Shown here piece after piece: positions 57,875 through 64,000 of a DNA stretch of 64,000 nucleotides. Source of the stretch: Octopus sinensis (lineage: Eukaryota); the NCBI RefSeq assembly GCF_006345805.1, contig NC_042997.1, positions 132,742,001 to 132,806,000 of the forward strand. The letters run 5' to 3'. Both the position numbers and the translations under genes were made by a program. The notes under the pieces were generated by a model that did not search any database, was not told where the DNA came from, and saw only the letters and a list, made by a program, of their open reading frames with translations. Position 1 is the stretch's first letter. Every line of letters begins with the position of its first letter.

Positions 57875-58376
57875 AAGAAAGTGTGATGAGAGATAAAAAT
57901 GGCAGAACGATGTTAAGAAAACGAGTAGAGAAGAATCAGCAAGGTAGAAGTAGAAATGTTGGATTGAATATGGAAAGTTTCGAAATTTCTAATGGCGGAG
58001 ACAAATGAGGCGGACATTGTGAGAAAGGGATAAGAAGAAGAAAAAGAGAGAGGTAGATAAATGGGAAGGGAGAAGGAGAGAGCTATAGAAAAAGGAGGAG
58101 ACATCGGGATATGGTGGTAATAGTTATAAGAAATCTGTGTAAATATCCGTTTCAAGAAGATTGAGAGATTGAGAGAGGGGAAAGAAATGGCGTGTGTTTA
58201 AGAGAGATGAGTTGTAGGAAAAGAGATGAGTAAGGGAGGTCTTATAAATATATGATAGTTGTGAGATGGTGATACAAAGACGGAATGAAATAAATAGTTG
58301 AACAAGGGGGTTGAGAGACAGAGAGAGAGAGTGATAGAGATAGAGATAGTGTGTGGGGGAATGGAGAGAGAAAGTG

Positions 58377-58442
<66 letters not shown>

Positions 58443-58802
58443 AGGGTGTATGTTAGAAAGACGGAGAAAGAGGTAATGAGGAATAGAGGGTAAAAATTGG
58501 TAGGGGAGTGAAAGCCTGGGTAAAAGTTTAATTGACAGAGAATTAGAATGAAACAAACGTCAGAACAAAGAGTGAGAAGGGGACAAAGAGACGAGGAGAG
58601 GGAAGCAGAAAGAAGTCGGCAGGAGGGAAAAGTGCGTTTAGATGCGAAAAAGAGAAAGACGGAATGACATAAAGTAGAGTAAAAGAAAGGGAATGAAACT
58701 ATGGGAGGGAAGGAGATAAAGGGAGAAAGAAAGTGAGGAAGCGATTGCCTATTGTAAATATGTGCCTGTCTGAAAGTGATTATTGCGCTCTCTTTAAGGA
58801 TG

Positions 58803-58844
<42 letters not shown>

Positions 58845-58845
<1 letters not shown>

Positions 58846-59260
58846 TGAGAATTTACAAAGAAAATAAAATAACAAGACCGGTGTGTAAACAACAAACAGA
58901 TGTATTAGTTTAACGCTTGGGAAGTGAGAGTCTTTAACGTTTCAAACCTACGCTCTTCGACAGTAAGCAACATAGAAATAAACAAGGAGAGAAAATAGAA
59001 AATTGTATAGTGGTTAGCGATCTATCATGGCGAACATATATATATAACGGGAAGCTTTATGAAAATAAACAAAAGACGAAGGCAGGTGGAATACAAACAA
59101 ACAATTGTATTAGTATGGCGCTCGGGAATATAAATAAAACAAGTCTTGTACGTTTCGAGCCTACGCTCTTCAACAGAAAGATACACAGAAAAGAAACACA
59201 GAAAGAAACAAGGAGAGAAAAAAAATGCGTGCAGAGGCTAGCGAATCAACATGGCGATCA
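58845..59260 (-). mobile_element. Two adjacent family E elements with degenerate HHRs (about 58932-58965 and 59146-59180)
   Basis: Reverse complement CTGTTGA a GAGC gtag GCTC GAAA CG TA. Each copy is preceded on the plus strand by a TA run. Confidence 0.65.
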
Positions 59261-59349
59261 AGATAACAAAAGAAAGAAAGAGACCTCAATATTATGTAAA
59301 TAGAGGAAATTTATCTATAAAATAATATGTTACATTACTCGATAGTCAA

Positions 59350-59410
59350 GATAAAACTCTGAGTTTCAGATGCCGAAGTGGGAATCCACAACGCCATCTC
59401 TTCGGTTATC
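59350..59410 (-). ncRNA. Type I hammerhead (CCGAAGA variant)
   Basis: Reverse complement GATAA CCGAAGA GATG..CATC t GAAA CTCaGAG TT TTATC. Confidence 0.75.
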
Positions 59411-59667
59411 TGGCTATTTGAAAACGCTATGAAAAAAATACCGTTATACAAAGGGAAATTACTGTTATAACTCTGCTTGCCTGCGTACTTATACATCGCT
59501 ATGTAAACGTACACATCTTCACACGCATTTTTCGCCATAAAAAAATTATATAAAAATACATAAAAATATATAAAAAATATATATGCATAAAATATATATA
59601 AAAAATATATGATAGAAGGTATGATGAGGTAAAAAACCTTCCTGGGACATAACATAGAAAGCATGTT

Positions 59668-60087
59668 CTATCTGTTTTCTTTAGGGGACCAAAAACGTAA
59701 CAGAAATTTAGTTACATTTGGGCATGATCCGAAAAGTTCTGTCCTTGAGTTTAGACATGTAGTAGGGTCTAAGCTGCTTTTCCAGATGAGCCATCTCTCC
59801 ATGTCGCATAGACTGCACCTTCCGCTGCCGTTGGTATAGGGCTTACATTTGGCCAAAATCTTCCAATGTATGTTATAATCGACACCTTTATCTCTTAAAG
59901 ACCAAATATGATTAGATAATTGTGTCGCTTTTCTTTTGTTCCAGTGCCTAAAGCTCAAAGTGTGGTTATTGAACCTGGCCTTGAAATTACCCTCTGTAAG
60001 GCCTACGTATTTCTTCATCGAAACGGTGTCTTTAGTGGTTATAGAGTCTACGGTAGCTTGGACATGCAAGCTCCATTTAGCGGGCAC
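59668..60087 (-). pseudogene. PLE GIY-YIG endonuclease fragment
   Basis: YVGLTEGNFKARFNNHTLSF..TQLSNHIWSL..IHWKIL..RCSLCDMERWLI..LNSRTELFGSC. Confidence 0.92.
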
Positions 60088-60165
60088 AATTCTTTATTCC
60101 TGCATGTGGTGTTGTGGATTCCCAGAAACTCAGAGTTTTATCTTGACTATCGAGTAATGTAACAT

Positions 60166-60219
<54 letters not shown>

Positions 60220-60506
60220 AATATATACATTAATAATAAGGGTGAGAGAATTAGATACTAATTTAATAGTATATTTATTCACACCAAGTGGCCTAGTGCT
60301 ACGAGAAACCTGGATTATTATAATATTTTATAACATATTATAATATTTTCACAAAATAAATATAGAGAGTGGTCACTATATTGATCACTCTAGCACCAGT
60401 TAATCCAAAAGGTTTCAACCACGAAAATACATGTTTCCCATGAAAGCCAAGTACGACTGTTAGCTCACACGGACAGGGCAAATAAAAATAACAAAATACA
60501 GATTAT

Positions 60507-60581
60507 TTGGGACAATTGTTTCGCTATTAATGAATTAAATGTAATATTACTTACAATAATCCATTTGTACTCGTCAGCCAA
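60507..60581 (-). ncRNA. Hammerhead ribozyme, array 2 copy 1
   Basis: Reverse complement TTGG CTGACGA G(C)TA...TAGC GAAA CAATTG TC CCAA. Confidence 0.8.
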
Positions 60582-61047
60582 GACTATCTGGATGAAATCC
60601 ACTCAATCACACACGCCAGATTTTACCATAACGATAAATACACGCGTGTGGTTCAATTGATTACAACCGACGTTATAATTCAAATGCCCCAACCAACAGC
60701 GCGCCAAAACTCTCACGGAACAAATACAATACAGCATTTAGAAATAAATGCAGCATAATTATAATTAATTAATAAGGGTGAGAGAATTAGATACTAATTT
60801 AATAGTATATTTATTCCACACCAAGTGGCCTAGTGCTACGAGAAACCTGGATTATTATAATATTTTAACATATTATAATATTTTCACAAAAAAATATAAG
60901 AGAGTGGTCACTATATTGATCACTCTAGCACCAGTTAATCCAAAAGGTTTCAACAACACCACGAAAATACATGTTTCCCATGAAAGCCAAGTACGACTGT
61001 TAGCTCACACGGACAGGGCAAATAAAAATAACAAAATACAGATTATT

Positions 61048-61123
61048 TTGGGACAATTGTTTCGCTATTAATGAATTAAATGTAATATTACTTACAATAA
61101 TCCATTTGTAGCTCGTCAGCCAA
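61048..61123 (-). ncRNA. Hammerhead ribozyme, array 2 copy 2
   Basis: TTGG CTGACGA GCTA caAATGGA TTA tTGTAA gtaata TTACA tt TAA TTCATT aa TAGC GAAA CAATTG TC CCAA, with a canonical GUC site. Confidence 0.88.
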
Positions 61124-61576
61124 GACTATCTGGATGAAATCCACTCAATCACACGCCAGATTTTACCATAACGATAAATACGCGTGTGGTTCAATTGATT
61201 ACAACCGACGTTATAATTCAAATGCCCCAACCAACAGCGCGCCAAAACTCTCACGGAAACAAATACAGCATTTAGAAATAAATGCAGCATAATTATAATT
61301 AATTAATAAGGGTGAGAGAATTAGATACTAATTTAATAGTATATTTATTCCACACCAAGTGGCCTAGTGCTACGAGAAACCTGGATTATTATAATATTTT
61401 ATAACATATTATAATATTTTCACAAAATAAATATAAGAGAGTGGTCACTATATTGATCACTCTAGCACCAGTTAATCCAAAGGTTTCAACCACGAAAATA
61501 CATGTTTCCATGAAAGCCAAGTACGACTGTTAGCTCACACGGACAGGCAAATAAAAATAACAAAATACAGATTATT

Positions 61577-61652
61577 TTGGGACAATTGTTTCGCTATTAA
61601 TGAATTAAATGTAATATTACTTACAATAATCCATTTGTAGCTCGTCAGCCAA
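61577..61652 (-). ncRNA. Hammerhead ribozyme, array 2 copy 3
   Basis: Same motif as copy 2. Confidence 0.88.
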
Positions 61653-62106
61653 GACTATCTGGATGAAATCCACTCAATCACACGCCAGATTTTACCATAA
61701 CGATAAATACGCGTGTGGTTCAATTGATTACAACCGACGTTATAATTCAAATGCCCCAACCACAGCGCGCCAAAACTCTCACGGAAACAAATACAGCATT
61801 TAGAAATAAATGCAGCATAATTATAATTAATTAATAAGGGTGAGAGAATTAGATACTAATTTAATAGTATATTTATTCCACACCAAGTGGCTAGTGCTAC
61901 GAGAAACCTGGATTATTATAATATTTTATAACATATTATAATATTTTCACAAAATAAATATAAGAGAGTGGTCACTATATTGATCACTCTAGCACCAGTT
62001 AATCCAAAAGGTTTCAACCACGAAAATACATGTTTCCCATGAAAGCCAAGTACGACTGTTAGCTCACACGGACAGGGCAAATAAAAATAACAAAATACAG
62101 ATTATT

Positions 62107-62182
62107 TTGGGACAATTGTTTCGCTATTAATGAATTAAATGTAATATTACTTACAATAATCCATTTGTAGCTCGTCAGCCAA
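62107..62182 (-). ncRNA. Hammerhead ribozyme, array 2 copy 4
   Basis: Same motif as copy 2. Confidence 0.88.
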
Positions 62183-62527
62183 GACTATCTGGATGAAATC
62201 CACTCATCGTGGTTGAAACCTTTTGGATTAACTGGTGCTAGAGTGATCAATATAGTGACCACTCTCTTATATTTATTTTATAAATATATACATATACTTA
62301 TGTTTATATATATATGATATGAATGATATATGATATATGTTCGACTCCCACGCAGATAGTAAAGCCTTCTTTTTTTCTGTCGAGGGCTTATATGCCCCTT
62401 TATTAGACTATTTTCTTTAGTCATTGCACGGTGATCGCCATAAGCTTTAAGCTTATATAAAAATATCATCATCATTATTTACAGGAATGTAAACTCGGCG
62501 CCGTATAAAAAACCATTCGCACCAACG

Positions 62528-62593
<66 letters not shown>

Positions 62594-62739
62594 TACGTAT
62601 GTATATATACACCACCATATCCTATTAACATTAAGTAATTAAGATCATATATTTCTTTCTTTGCTCATAGTAACAGGAATTTGGAATTTTAATTAATTTA
62701 ACTTCTTTTGCTCACTGCATTAAGCATGTGAACACTCCC

Positions 62740-62960
62740 CTTAAATGTTGCATTTCATACCGAGGATGCCTCCAGGTAATTTGCAAGCAGTTATTATTTA
62801 AAGTTATGTTGCTTACTTCTGTATATTTCCTGTACATCTCTGGATTGCTACCCTATCACGCAATCTGGTAAACAGCAAGAAAGTCAAGGCTCCAGTAATG
62901 AGGTCTTATTTACTCTTAGCTCCGTATGGAACATACACCATAGACGACTTTTTTCCCTGT
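62740..62960 (-). pseudogene. Possible decayed LINE AP-endonuclease remnant
   Basis: Only short motifs VYVP and LQITWRHPR on the minus strand. Confidence 0.25.
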
Positions 62961-63484
62961 TCGACTGTTCTCGATTCTGGGCTGTCTTTTCTGCTTCGCT
63001 CGAGTAGGACTCTGCTTTTTTAGCTAGGCCTCAATATCCTACTTCCAGCTATTTTTAAGGCATCCTCTCTTCTGCTTCTCTTGTAGATTCAAATCACCTT
63101 TGAGCACAACACTGCCATTCCTCCTTGCGAGGGTCGATAAGTTATCATAAAGTACCAGTCTAATATACTGTGATCGATGCTACGTTGTTGTCGTTGTTGA
63201 TGATCTTCTTCTTCTTCTTCTGCTTCTGCTTCTGCTTCTTCTTCTTCTTCTTCTTCTTCTTCTTCTTCTTCTTCTTCTTCTTCTTCTTCTTCTTTCATTC
63301 TGTCTTTTTCTTTTCTTTCATTCATTTCCTCCCCCTCTCCCCCTCTCTCTGAGCCATACACATAATTCAAAGGTTGAGGCTTATCACGTTGTGCCACACT
63401 GATTCCACAAAAGAGGAGAAAGAAGACGGAAAAGAGAGGAACAGCCAGGAAAATGCACGTGCGTAGTTCACATGCTTGATATAT

Positions 63485-63685
63485 AAACAGAGAAAAAGAC
63501 AAGAAAAAAAACAACGCGAGAACGTGGTACGCGCAAAGTGTTAATAAGACGCTCTGGAAGGAAAGAAAGTGTTTCACGTTTCGAGCAAAGCTCTTCTTCA
63601 GAAACAGGAGACAGAGTAAAGCCCAGTAGAAAAGGAAGCTGGAGGAGAAAAAAACATCGCTAACAATCCACATATAGTTACATTT
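63485..63685 (-). mobile_element. Family E element with minimal HHR at 63571-63605
   Basis: Reverse complement GTTT CTGAAGA a GAGC ttt GCTC GAAA CG TG AAAC. G at the cleavage position makes it likely inactive. Confidence 0.7.
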
Positions 63686-64000
63686 TGAAATGACCGGAAG
63701 TAGATGGACAAAGAAAAGGTGCTTTCTAAGACAGGAGTGTGGAAAGAAAGGTTGGTATCTGTGTGTATGTGTGGTGTGTGTATGTGTGGTGTGTGTATGT
63801 GTGTGCTTCTGTGAGATAGCATATGTGTGTGTGTGTGATAGCGTGTATGTATATATGGTAGCGTGTGCGTGTACCATTAGCTGAGTGTGTGTGGTGGTTG
63901 TGGTATGAGTGTGATGGCAGTGATATGTGTGTGTGATACCGTGTGTATGTAAGGTAGCGTGTGTGTGTGTATGCGTGTGGTGGTAACTGTGTGTGTATGT

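Larger units (their letters stand above)
59262..60172 (-). mobile_element. 5'-truncated Penelope-like element with inverted pLTR copy at its 5' end
   Basis: GIY-YIG ORF and pLTR with HHR. 60110-60170 is the reverse complement of about 59318-59392. Confidence 0.9.
60231..62279 (-). repeat. Hammerhead-containing ~530-bp tandem array (array 2), 3.7 units plus a 73-bp inverted arm
   Basis: AATAAGGGTGAGAGAA recurs at 60235, 60771, 61305 and 61833. 62207-62279 is the reverse complement of about 61951-62023. TA-rich flanks. Confidence 0.95.

Noticed and set aside
35581-62279. CRISPR interpretation of the arrays or minisatellites
   Set aside because: Whole units repeat with no unique spacers, the context is eukaryotic, and there are no cas genes.

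Overview
This is AT-rich, microsatellite-saturated eukaryotic non-coding DNA. The SINE, mariner, Penelope and RLE-LINE repertoire suggests an octopus or other coleoid cephalopod (inference). No host protein-coding exon can be supported, and most supplied ORFs are microsatellite or SINE translations. One intact tRNA-Glu(TTC) gene lies at 46435-46506. The rest is mobile DNA: three mariner-family elements, a piggyBac end, RLE-type LINE fragments in (TAA)n and (CATA)n, two Penelope-like (PLE) GIY-YIG 3' fragments, a solo LTR with a 5-bp TSD, a MITE carrying TTAGGG-like repeats, and more than 25 modular tRNA-derived SINEs. The main hidden signal is about 22 minimal type I hammerhead ribozyme (HHR) motifs (C[T/C]GAnGA - stem II - GAAA - palindromic stem III - NUH) found by eye. 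Nine of them are in two unrelated ~530-540-bp non-coding tandem arrays (35581-38387 and 60231-62279) with one HHR per unit. Both arrays have an inverted arm and both ends lie in (TA)n. They look like retrozyme-like or PLE-mobilised elements copied from circular or multimeric RNA. Coordinates were read by hand and may be off by a few bases.
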